A stretch of DNA of 64,000 nt from Candidatus Latescibacterota bacterium. GTDB lineage: Bacteria > Latescibacterota > UBA2968 > UBA8231. Below, one piece after another: positions 1 through 9,354 of the stretch. Under the pieces are notes generated by a model. That model was not told the DNA's origin, did no database searches, and was given only the letters and a program-made list of their open reading frames with translations. A program made the translations under genes and the position numbers. The stretch is taken from the NCBI GenBank assembly GCA_965206595.1, contig OZ242214.1, positions 4,736,001 to 4,800,000 of the forward strand, given 5' to 3'. The stretch's first letter is position 1; each line of letters begins with the position of its first letter.

Positions 1-1
1 G

Positions 2-3000
2 GCCGGCCACTGGTTCACACCCCAGGCGCCACTGGACAAGCTGCTTGAGTCCGGAGGGCGAGGAGACGGCAGCGGTGTCCGGCGCATTGACTTCCTCTTC
101 AACCACCCAAGTGGTCAGCCGTTTGCGATAGAGATCGACGGCCCGGAACACGAGGCAGCGGTGGATGTCGACGAGGAGCGTGATGAATCGTTGCGCTCGA
201 TCGGGATTGACGTTCTCCGAGTTACAAACGCGGAAGTGCTGCAAGGTCAGGGAGCCGTGCTCGAACGAATCCGCAGCCGGTGTGCGGGGGCGCTCACGGC
301 ATTCGACCAGGCTGCCGGTGAGGAGATGGCTTCGGCTTCGTTCGCAGTTGATTGCTCCACCGCTGCGAAGGTGCAGTTCGCAGTCGCCCGGGCCCTCGAG
401 TACGGATGGCTGACCGCAGGTGAGAATTGGGAAATCGACATCAGCGGTGCCGGAGCGCCGGTCGCCGCTGGTATTCTGGACGCCCTTCAATTACTTGCAG
501 GAATCGATGGTTTATATGGGGGTTGCTCGGTCCCTGCCAGATGTACGGTTCGTGCGGAGGAGGGGTTTGTAGTCAGGTGGATGCACACCGGAGGCGGCCA
601 GTGGGTGGAGACCACCAATTCCGAAGCGCCGAGTCAACAGCTGCGCATTGGCGTCGAGAACACGGTAGGTCCGTTCCACCGCGTCCCTGGTGAGAGGTGG
701 GACTTCATCATTCGCTCAGCGTGCATCCCGGCACGGATCGCAACTGAGCAAACGTTCGATTCTCGCCGCCGGCCCGTGGCTGCCTCGACCTGGGAGGAAG
801 TTCACCTACCGCTCCGGATGTTTCTCCAGAACATATTCCGCAAGCGCGGATTCCGCCCAAGGCAGGGCGAGGCTGTCTTCAACATGCTGCGACAGAACGA
901 CTGTGTCGTGCTGCTTCAGACCGGAGCTGGGAAGAGCATCATCTATCAACTCGCGGGACTGCTGATGCCTGGGGTGACGCTGGTCGTCGATCCGATCAAC
1001 GCGCTCATCGAAGACCAGGTCGAAGGTCTGAATTCTTATGGAATCGATCGCGCAGTTCCGATCAAGCGCGACCTCGCGACGCGTGAAGAGCGTAACCGCT
1101 TGCTCCGCCTGGTCGCACGCGGCGAGTACCAGTTCGTACTCCATTCACCTGAGCGGCTTCAGTCTCCTCAGTTTCGGGAGGCGCTCGAGGAGCTGAGGTG
1201 GAATTCATTGGTCAACATGGCGGTCATCGATGAAGCGCACTGCGTCTCGGAGTGGGGGCACGATTTTCGGCCCGCATATCTGAACCTCGCGAACAACCTG
1301 CGCCGGCTCTGCGAGGATCCCGAGGGCGCTCCACCACCGCTGCTTGCTCTAACGGGAACCGCCTCGCGTGCGGTCCTCCGGGACATGCTTGCGGATCTCG
1401 GTGTCGACAGGAAACGCTCGGACGCGCTGATTCGCCCCGAGTCTTTTGATCGTTCCGAAATCAGCTTCGAAATCGTGCGCACTTCCCCGAGGGAGAACCC
1501 CCAAGCAGCACTCCGTGGCGTGCTGCATTCCTTGCCGGGGAAATTTGGATTGCCTCGAACAGAGTTCTATCGATCCTCCGGGCGGGACACCGCCTCCGGG
1601 ATTGTATTCGTACCCACGGTCAGATCCCGGATGTACGGCCTGCAGGATACTCGCAACATCGTACGACAGGCGACGGGTTCGGAAGTTACCCTCTACAGTG
1701 GAAGCTCTCCCTGGCGCGGCGACTCGGGGAAATGGGACGTGGAGAAGCGCGACAACGCAGCGGCTTTCAAAACGAACCGCGTGCCCGTCCTCGTCGCGAC
1801 CAAGGCGTTCGGCATGGGCATCGATAAACCGAACATCCGGTACACGGTGCATTTCGGCATGCCGATGTCGCTCGAGAGTTTCTACCAGGAAGCTGGGCGC
1901 GCTGGCCGGGATCAAAAACCTGCCCGGTCGACCGTTGTGTTTTCCGAGTACGACAGGACCCGCTCGGACAAGCTGATCGACCCGGATCTCGCTCTCGAAG
2001 AGCTCCGTGAGCTTTTCACCAAAACAAGCCAGGACCGCAAAACCGCGGACGACGTGACACGGGCCCTCTGGTTCCACCTAGAGGGGTTCAGCGGGGCGGA
2101 CCGAGAGATCGAGGATGCGCGAAAGCTGATCGACGCGATCGGAGATCTGTCCGTCAGTCAACGGATGGAACGACCTTACGGCGACGAGGATCACAAGCGA
2201 GAGCAGGACAGTCGCAAACGCCAGGAGAAGGCCATATACCGTCTACTTAAGCTTGGTGTGATTCGCGACTATGAAGTCGATTTTGGAGCCAATAGATTCG
2301 TTGTCCACGTCGAGACGTTCGACTTCGACCGCTGTAAAGAACGACTGCTTGATTACGTACGGGCCGCCAACCCCGGGAGGAGTCAGTCTTTCGGACGGCG
2401 AGTAAATGAGATCGACGCTGAGGGGCCGCGTGACGCCGCGCTGGGGCTGGTCAAGGTGTTGATCGAGTTTACGTACGACGAAATCGAACGTTCCCGCCGC
2501 CGGTCGATTCAGGAGGCCGTTCTGCTGGCTCGTCAAGCTGGGAATGACGCGGAAATCCGCAGACGTCTGCTCGACTATCTTCAGGAGGGTCTTGGTGCCG
2601 AGTGCATCGAGGAACTGCTGGAGCGAGAAACGGTCGAGTTGTTCGAATGGTGGGATCTCGTCACCAAAATGCAGACTGAGATGGATGCGGGAGAGCTGCG
2701 TGGGCTGTGCATCCGCGCGCTAGAATCCTATCCGGATCACCCGGGGCTTCTTCTGACGCGCTCTTTGGCCGAATCCATGTGCTCCGATCACGATGAGATG
2801 GTCAGTTCGAGGGGGATCGGAACGGCGATTCGCACTGGAGTTGAGAAGTACGAGATCTCGGGAACAGACATCGAGTCGACCATTGACGAGATGTTCGAAT
2901 TCGCGTCAACTCGTGCGCGTGACCTCGGACCGCCCCTTACCACTGCGCTGTTCGATCTTGCCGATGAGCAGGCGGACTTTGCATTCGTCGAGAGCAGGGT

Positions 3001-3154
3001 TTCCAAACGTGCGGTCGAACTCGATGACCCTCGCGTGCGCGCTGTGATTGCGACGCGAAGGGTTCGAAACGTCGTCGATCAGTTGAAAGAGGTGGCTGAC
3101 CGAGTGGTTGCCCAATATGATGCACCGGGCGTAGTGGAGGCCTTAAGAGCATAA
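2..3154 (+). CDS. RecQ-family ATP-dependent DNA helicase with N-terminal DUF559/Vsr-like endonuclease domain (5' end outside window)
   Basis: Frame is open from base 2: RRIDFLF..FAIEIDGPEH..DEERDESLRSIGIDVLRVTNAEV is DUF559-like. RecQ motifs QTGAGKS, VIDEAHCVSEWGHDFRPAY, LTGTA, ATKAFGMGIDK and YQEAGRAGRD follow, then a long helical C-terminus with no obvious HRDC domain. Confidence 0.88.
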   Translation, partial: AGHWFTPQAPLDKLLESGGRGDGSGVRRIDFLFNHPSGQPFAIEIDGPEHEAAVDVDEERDESLRSIGIDVLRVTNAEVLQGQGAVLERIRSRCAGALTAFDQAAGEEMASASFAVDCSTAAKVQFAVARALEYGWLTAGENWEIDISGAGAPVAAGILDALQLLAGIDGLYGGCSVPARCTVRAEEGFVVRWMHTGGGQWVETTNSEAPSQQLRIGVENTVGPFHRVPGERWDFIIRSACIPARIATEQTFDSRRRPVAASTWEEVHLPLRMFLQNIFRKRGFRPRQGEAVFNMLRQNDCVVLLQTGAGKSIIYQLAGLLMPGVTLVVDPINALIEDQVEGLNSYGIDRAVPIKRDLATREERNRLLRLVARGEYQFVLHSPERLQSPQFREALEELRWNSLVNMAVIDEAHCVSEWGHDFRPAYLNLANNLRRLCEDPEGAPPPLLALTGTASRAVLRDMLADLGVDRKRSDALIRPESFDRSEISFEIVRTSPRENPQAALRGVLHSLPGKFGLPRTEFYRSSGRDTASGIVFVPTVRSRMYGLQDTRNIVRQATGSEVTLYSGSSPWRGDSGKWDVEKRDNAAAFKTNRVPVLVATKAFGMGIDKPNIRYTVHFGMPMSLESFYQEAGRAGRDQKPARSTVVFSEYDRTRSDKLIDPDLALEELRELFTKTSQDRKTADDVTRALWFHLEGFSGADREIEDARKLIDAIGDLSVSQRMERPYGDEDHKREQDSRKRQEKAIYRLLKLGVIRDYEVDFGANRFVVHVETFDFDRCKERLLDYVRAANPGRSQSFGRRVNEIDAEGPRDAALGLVKVLIEFTYDEIERSRRRSIQEAVLLARQAGNDAEIRRRLLDYLQEGLGAECIEELLERETVELFEWWDLVTKMQTEMDAGELRGLCIRALESYPDHPGLLLTRSLAESMCSDHDEMVSSRGIGTAIRTGVEKYEISGTDIESTIDEMFEFASTRARDLGPPLTTALFDLADEQADFAFVESRVSKRAVELDDPRVRAVIATRRVRNVVDQLKEVADRVVAQYDAPGVVEALRA

Positions 3155-3577
3155 ATGGACATTATGGAAGATTTACAGGAACGGCTCAATGAAACCGAGC
3201 GCCGAGCCATCGAGGTTGTCCGGCGACTGGAAGAGCTCGATGCGCTCCAGCAGTCACTTGCCATCGCAGGACGAGGGCTTGGCGAAGCAAGCGACAACGT
3301 CTCCGCACTTGCGGCTGCCACCCGAACTGCGATTGAATCACTGAACAGCACCCTTATTACGTTTCGGGAAGCAGTTGAGGTTTTCCAGCGCTCCGACCCA
3401 GGGCTAGTCAGAGAAAAGCTGGCAGGGATTGAGGAAGAACTCGGCCGCATCACCGAGAAGCTCCTCATCCTTGACGAGCTTTCACCGGAAATCCGGAGCA
3501 CTCGAAACGCTGTAGAACGCCTTTCGCAAAGGTCGATTTTCAACCAAATCTTCGGCGGGACCCGGAAGGCTGAGTGA
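3155..3577 (+). CDS. Small coiled-coil hypothetical protein, probably coupled to the RecQ gene
   Basis: ATG directly follows the RecQ TAA; 140 aa with heptad-like L/E/R-rich helices. Confidence 0.7.
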   Translation: MDIMEDLQERLNETERRAIEVVRRLEELDALQQSLAIAGRGLGEASDNVSALAAATRTAIESLNSTLITFREAVEVFQRSDPGLVREKLAGIEEELGRITEKLLILDELSPEIRSTRNAVERLSQRSIFNQIFGGTRKAE

Positions 3578-3654
3578 GACTATAGCCCGAGCCTTTCTTC
3601 CATCCACATAGTGGTCGGTCAATGTAGCATTGCGGAGTAAAGATCTGTACACCT

Positions 3655-3987
3655 GAGGCCGCCCTCCAACGCAAGGAGCAAAGGAACCGTAAGGCGAAGA
3701 CGGTCGACGGGGAAGCGGAGGCCCGTCTCGTAGCTCTGGGCAGTAGCCCGCCGCCGGAGGGGAGGAAGTGCTGGACCCTCAGATTGTTAGTAGAGCGCCT
3801 CCTCACATTGCAGGATACCCTGCGCCAGCAACAGCGCAACGTCCTCGACTATCTCAGGATGGCCTGCACCGCCGCCGTGCGTCAACAACCAGCGCCCTCG
3901 CTGCTGCCTTCAACCCATTCCGCCATTCGCTAATATCAGCCCGCGACCATTCCGTCCCCGGCCCCATCAGCAGGGAACTGAACGGTT
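3655..3987 (+). mobile_element. Chimeric IS scar: IS630-type transposase HTH fragment fused to the 3' end of the local IS66
   Basis: Translates as ..KTVDGEAEARLVALGSSPPPEGRKCWTLRLL (IS630-like), then VERLLTLQDTLRQQQRNVLDYLRMAC..PSTHSAIR* (matches the IS66 transposase C-terminus in this window). Ends with the IR GGGAACTGAACGGTT, missing the final AC. Confidence 0.8.
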
Positions 3988-4670
3988 GGTGTACCTTCAG
4001 ACTCTATCTATTGACTCCCATCGATATTTCCAGGAGAAACCCACGATGACCGACGACTACAGTGAGGCGCGTGAGCACGAGTATGCTGTCATCCGCCGCC
4101 GCGATCTCCTGGACTGCCTCGAAAAGCACACAATGCCTCGGCGGGAGAGCGATGTTCTTGACGGATTTCTGCGACGCCTGCGTAGTACCGAGGACGATGT
4201 GCAGAGTTGGAAATCAACCGAACCAAAGGAATGGTTATGGAATGCCTGGAAGGGCTTCTACATGGAACTGCAGAGACAGCCATCGCTGAAAGGGTGGTGG
4301 GGATATGTACCAAATCAGAGGGGTGGATTTCTCTCTTTCCGGCCGGAGTTCGAGACAACTGTCGGCGGGGTGAAACTGTATATCCACATCGAGAACGCAA
4401 AAAAGCTGTGCTTCCGAATTGAAATCGTTTCAAACAACGTCAACCGGAAGACGTTGAGATCATTGGTATGACTCCATTATCGGTCGATGCAACCAGGTGG
4501 GAATTCCGGCAAGAAAACCCGCCCGCTTCGGGTCCGGCTTGAACATGACCATCGCAGAAGTTGAGCAGGATGACTGGCTCGTAGTCCGGGACGGCCGTGT
4601 GGATGTTGCCATGACAGTGGCACGACTCCAGGAGTGTCTTGGGGTCGTCAGGGCCTTCCCGGCTGGGTAG
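3988..4670 (+). pseudogene. PD-(D/E)XK nuclease-family gene remnant, 5'-truncated and frameshifted
   Basis: VYLQT..WKGFYMELQ..WWGYVPNQRGGFLSF. After a frameshift near 4457 it continues DHWYDSII..KPARFGSGLNMTIAEV to TAG at 4668-4670. Family assigned from recalled motif similarity. Confidence 0.55.
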
Positions 4671-4863
4671 CTTCCTCCCACGAGGATTGGATTGCATCCA
4701 TTCCCTCCCCTGCGAGGGACCGAGGGCATCCGTCATCCGGAGGATGGTCCCTGGGGCCTGCTGCCCCAGGCCGTTGAAATGCAGGGCTGACCAGTGATAA
4801 CGGCGAAGAATCCAGCCCCCTAACCGGCCTCGGAAATAGAACCCCACCCGTAAAAAGTCCTGC

Positions 4864-4898
4864 CTGCGACGCGATCTGTCGCAGCTGTAGGCCATAAT
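4864..4898 (+). promoter_or_regulatory. Palindrome CTGCGAC-N7-GTCGCAG plus -10 (CATAAT) upstream of the DnaB paralogue; candidate WYL-regulator site
   Basis: Perfect 7-bp arms at 4864-4870 and 4878-4884; TGTCGC-N10-CATAAT spacing. Confidence 0.6.
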
Positions 4899-4930
4899 CC
4901 TGGGATACATCCAATGACCCAGGATTCCAA

Positions 4931-6271
4931 ATGGCCGGCAATCAGCACATTCCGCCCCAGGCGATAGAAATAGAGCAGGCCGTATTGGGGGCGATGATGC
5001 TAGACCCTGGCGCCATCGACCGCGCCAGCGCAACCCTCGATCCGGACTGTTTTTTCCACGTCCCGCACAAATGGATTTACGCCGCAATAATCGACCTCCA
5101 CGAGCGCGGGGTGGCGATCGATCAGCTCACCTTGTCCGAGGAGCTCAAGCTCCGCGATCAGTTCCATGAGGCTGGCGGATCCGTCTACCTGGCCAGGCTG
5201 GCCATCGAGTTCGCCTCCGCGGCAAACATTGACGACCACGCGCGGATCATCCTCGACAAGGCACTCAGGCGCAAGGTGATCGAAACTGCCGGCGACATCA
5301 TCGAGCAGGCCAACGAAGGCAGCAGGGAGTTGGATGTTCTGCTTGAAAGCGCCGCGCAAGGTCTTGACAGGATCCGCCAAAACCAAATCGTCGATGGGCT
5401 TGAGCCGCTTGCTTCGCAAATCGGCGACGCCGTAAAACAGATTGAGCAATCCTGCAGCAGGGTAGGCTCCCTCTCCGGGATCGGGACGGGGTTCATCGAC
5501 CTCGATGATATAACCTGCGGCTTACAAAAAGGAGACCTTATCCTGCTTGCGGCTGCCCCGGGCGCCGGCAAAACGTCTCTGGCCTTTGCCCTGGCGCGCA
5601 ACGCCGCGGTAGAAACGGGGGTCGGGGTTGCAATCTTCAGCCCGAGAACTTCCAGAATGGAGCTGGCCCGGCGACTGCTCAGCGCGGAGGCGCAGGTGGA
5701 TCTGCACAAGCTTTGCAGCGGCCGGCTCCGCGACGACCAATTGGTTCACCTGAGGAGCGCCGCAGAACGTCTGGCCGGAATACCTGTCTATATAGACGAT
5801 ACCCCCCGAATTTCAATAACCGAAATCCGGACCAAGGCGCGCCGGTTGCATCGGGAGCACGGGATCGGCCTGATTTTCGTTAACTCTCTGGAAATGATGG
5901 GTCGACAGACGAAGGCCTACACCTGCAAGCAGGAAATCTCCCGGGGCCTCAAGGGCCTTGCCCAGGAGCTGAACGTACCAGTACTCGCCCTGTCGGAACT
6001 GGAATGCACCCAGGAAAGGCCGAGGTTGGAAGACTTGTGGGAGTCGGGAAATCTCGATCAGGAAGCCGACATGGTGATGTTCATCTACCACCCGGATATG
6101 CACGGCATCGAAGACCACGAAGACACCAGCTTCGAAGGCACTGCCGAAATCATCATCGCCAAACAGCGCAACGGCCCGCTTGGCTCGGTGAAGCTGCAAT
6201 GGAACGCCGAGAGCGCGACTTTCAGGAATTTGGCGCCGGAGTGGCGGACTGAGACCGAGGAAGAATATTAA
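4931..6271 (+). CDS. DnaB-like helicase paralogue with degenerate catalytic motifs (probable pseudo-enzyme)
   Basis: Full DnaB architecture (PPQAIEIEQAVLG N-domain, GIGTGFIDLD, APGAGKT, IIIAKQRNGP). However FSLEM is FSPRT, DYLQ is NSLE, LSQLxR is LSELEC and DLRESG is DLWESG. Confidence 0.9.
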   Translation: MAGNQHIPPQAIEIEQAVLGAMMLDPGAIDRASATLDPDCFFHVPHKWIYAAIIDLHERGVAIDQLTLSEELKLRDQFHEAGGSVYLARLAIEFASAANIDDHARIILDKALRRKVIETAGDIIEQANEGSRELDVLLESAAQGLDRIRQNQIVDGLEPLASQIGDAVKQIEQSCSRVGSLSGIGTGFIDLDDITCGLQKGDLILLAAAPGAGKTSLAFALARNAAVETGVGVAIFSPRTSRMELARRLLSAEAQVDLHKLCSGRLRDDQLVHLRSAAERLAGIPVYIDDTPRISITEIRTKARRLHREHGIGLIFVNSLEMMGRQTKAYTCKQEISRGLKGLAQELNVPVLALSELECTQERPRLEDLWESGNLDQEADMVMFIYHPDMHGIEDHEDTSFEGTAEIIIAKQRNGPLGSVKLQWNAESATFRNLAPEWRTETEEEY

Positions 6272-6427
6272 CTTCAGTCCGGCCGACACCGGCGAAGCCG
6301 CTGGCTTGGTGCTTTCAGGATACCTTTCCCACATAGCTCGCTTCCTCCCCTTGGCCTGACCCTCCCGTAGTCCGGGAACTTCGGGGCGAATGCCTCCCTG
6401 CATAACCCCCCCAAAAGTCGCCCACCC

Positions 6428-6444
6428 GCGACATGATCCGTCGC
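6428..6444 (+). promoter_or_regulatory. Second GCGAC-N7-GTCGC palindrome, upstream of the winged-helix ORF
   Basis: GCGAC ATGATCC GTCGC; same core and spacing as the site at 4864-4884. Confidence 0.5.
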
Positions 6445-6509
6445 ACCCCCTGGAAAACAGGTTCGCTTTTTGCTGTACGAGAGCGAACCCATTCTCCCGG
6501 AGGAACGAC

Positions 6510-7271
6510 ATGCCTACCCAAAGAACCCGCGACCCGCGCACCCTCGACGACCACGGTCTTATTGGGGGCGGGACAATGACGGCGGCCGAGCAACCCCTTC
6601 TCCGGGTTCAGGGCTACAAGTCCAACCCCGAGTTTCTGGACGCGATGTTGAAAGAGGCAATTCTGCAGCTGGAGTGCGGCGGGCTGCGGCGCCTCGTGCG
6701 CCAGCGGAGCCGGCGGCGCTGGTGCGCCGGCCTGTGGATCGACCCGGAGGGGGCCATCCCGACGGGAAAGCTGCGGCAGCGGCTCGATATCTCGGAGCGT
6801 GAGTCGCTGCGCCTCGGAGGGGTTTCCGAGGCTCGACTGGAGGCGAGCGATCCGCAGGTGGTCCCGTTCCTCGACCTCGTCAGGCGTTGCCGCCTGACCC
6901 CCTTCGACCGGCAGGTGCTCTTGCTGCTGTTCTTCAGGGCGGTGTCGCCTGAGTTCCTTGACCACTACAAAGAGCTGGAATACGAACAGTTTGAACCGGG
7001 AACCCGGGGCCAAGGGGGTGGGCAGGAGGTGCGCATCCGCAGCCTGCTGGAGATACTCTGTTCGAGCAGAACCGGTGTGACCATACAGGCAATTAGCCGG
7101 TTCAGGGCCGACGCCCCCCTGATGGACTGCCACCTGCTGCGCATGGGCAGCGTCAACGAGCAGCGACCCTCGGTTCTCGACGTCGAGGTGCATCTACGCC
7201 GGCGGGTCCTGCCCTGGATCGGCGGGGAAACCCTCAGCTTCCCGGGGGACGATCCTTGTCCAGAGGAATAA
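6510..7271 (+). CDS. Hypothetical protein resembling the winged-helix N-terminal region of AAA+ ATPases, with no ATPase domain
   Basis: ATG at 6510 follows GGAGGA (alternative start 6576). Motifs RLTPFDRQVLLLLF, FRADAPLMDCHLL and VHLRRRVLPWIGG; no Walker A. Confidence 0.6.
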   Translation: MPTQRTRDPRTLDDHGLIGGGTMTAAEQPLLRVQGYKSNPEFLDAMLKEAILQLECGGLRRLVRQRSRRRWCAGLWIDPEGAIPTGKLRQRLDISERESLRLGGVSEARLEASDPQVVPFLDLVRRCRLTPFDRQVLLLLFFRAVSPEFLDHYKELEYEQFEPGTRGQGGGQEVRIRSLLEILCSSRTGVTIQAISRFRADAPLMDCHLLRMGSVNEQRPSVLDVEVHLRRRVLPWIGGETLSFPGDDPCPEE

Positions 7272-9354
7272 CCGGCTCGAGGACTCAGGTTACGAGGCGG
7301 CTGACAAACGAATCGATTTCGTAAGCGGAGGGGATTCTGGGATAGGGGGACATCGCGGCCGCCGGTCCCGAGTACCTTCGGGTCCTGCAGATGGCCGAGA
7401 ATCTCCGCTTTTCGTCGAACCACTGCGAAATCCCCCGGGGTGAGGTTGGTCAGGGTTTCGACTTCAGCCGGAGCCTCGGACTCGAAGTAGTTACGAAACC
7501 CCGCCATGGACTGACTTGGGGTGAGATAGTCCAGGGCGATCTTGAAAGTGAATCGCCGCAGGGTTGCCGGGTCTAGGGTTTCCCCGAAGTTGGTTGTACA
7601 CGCAAACGGCAGGGGATGGCTCTCCATCCAGGTCAGCATTTCGTTGACCTGGCTGACCTCCCAGGAGCGCACGGCGCCGCGGCGGTCGGCGAGCAGGGAG
7701 TCGGCCTCGTCGAAGACGAGGATGGAGCCTTCGGCGCGCGCCTCTGCGAAGGCGTCGGCAATAAGCCGTTCGGTTTGGCCGACCCACATAGACATCAGGT
7801 CGGAGGCCCGCTTCTGGGTTACCTGAAGGCCGAGGCGCTCGGCCAGATAGCGGACGAAGGCGCTCTTTCCGGTGCCGGGCGGACCTTGCAGACAGAGGGA
7901 GAAATGCTTTCCCCCGGTCTTTTCCAAGCGTTCCGTGAATCCCACCGGGTCGACGTCTGCCCGGATCAGGGCGGGATCGAATCTCTCCGGTGCCCCCTGC
8001 TGCATCGGCTTCTCTCCTGAAATCACCCGGGACAGGTTTTGCACGCCAAGGCGTACTGCAGCGAGGTCTTCACCACAAAGGCTCGCCGCGGCGATGGCCC
8101 CGGAAGCAACCCCGGGGGCCACGTCGAACTCCTTTGCAAGGGATTGGCCATCTTCCTCCGTCGCTTCGATGCCGTGGCGCGCCAGCTCCCGGCTCCATAT
8201 TCGTGCCCGGGTCCGGCGCGTGGGCCGGCGCAGCTCCAAGGCGCACGTCATACGGCGCAGGACGGTGGGACAGGTCTCCCTGGCGGAGTTCGATGTCCAG
8301 AGCGTCGGCACCGGTGTGCGTTCGAGCAGCCGGTTGAGAAACACCTTGGAGCCGCCGGAGCGGAGCGGGGAAAAGCCGTGTGAAGAGAAGGGTATCCAGC
8401 CAGAACCCGGGTCCGAGAGCAGGTCCTCCATCTCGTCGAAGAGCAGCATCGACCCGCCGCCCGGAGCCAGCAAATTCTGGGCGACCTGAAGCTCCTGGAG
8501 CCGTTCCCCCCGACGGGGTTCGTCGCCGCTATCGTCCGCTTCGCCCACACTGTAGAGGTTCGCCTGCAGCCGGGCGGCCAGGGTCTTGCAGAACTCCGTC
8601 TTTCCGGTGCCCGGCGGTCCATACACCAGGATGTTAACCCCCTTGGCGCGGGAACTCAGGGCGCCCTTGAGCACCTTTTCGATATGGTCGCGCTGTTCCG
8701 CGACATGGTCGAAGTCTTCCCACTCCAGCTCCCCCGGGGGCGCCGTATCGAGCAGCGGGCGGCGCATGTCGAGTTCGCCCTCGTCCGTGACGGTGACCAG
8801 CCGGTTCAGCCGCTTGACGATTTCGATGTCCCCGTCGTCGTCTATGGACACCAACCCGGACCTAAGGAGAGGAGCATCGGTCGCCAATCGGGCGCGGAGA
8901 ACACCGCCCGACACGCCGAGGACCCGGGGAAGCAAGGGGTTCGTAACATTGAATAAACTGGGTCGGATATGGCGAGAGGTGGTGAATTCGAAAACAGACT
9001 CGATCAGCGATTCGAAAATCGGCTGGGTGCGACTCCACATCAGGATTTCAAGGATGGCGACATCATCCGAAGCGAAGTCCATCGCCTTTCCGAGCTGCCT
9101 CAGCCGCTTCGCCGTGAGGTCTTCCCAGGCACCCTCGCCGGAAGACAACGTCGAGGACCTGTCCTCAAGGGTCTTCAGGAGACCCTGCCAATCCTTCTTT
9201 GAAAGGTCTTTCCCGAGGTACTTCCCCGCCCGGCGCTCGTACTGTTCCAACTCTTCCGATTCATCATTTTCGCATTCCAGGCCCAGCACCTTCCGGTTTT
9301 CGGCGACCCACACGGCCAGGTCCCTTGCTTCCGGACTGGCGCGGTGAATTCGCG
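6965..9354 (-). pseudogene. Double-domain AAA+ ATPase, 5' end cut by IS66, natural 3' end apparently lost near 7370
   Basis: Two GPPGTGK Walker A motifs and Walker B motifs LLFDEMED and LVFDEADS. The predicted start lies inside IS66, and the tail after ..HLQDPKVL reads antisense through the neighbouring gene. Confidence 0.8.

Noticed and set aside
4931-6271. Housekeeping dnaB
   Set aside because: Catalytic motifs are degenerate and the context is an island, so no gene symbol was assigned.
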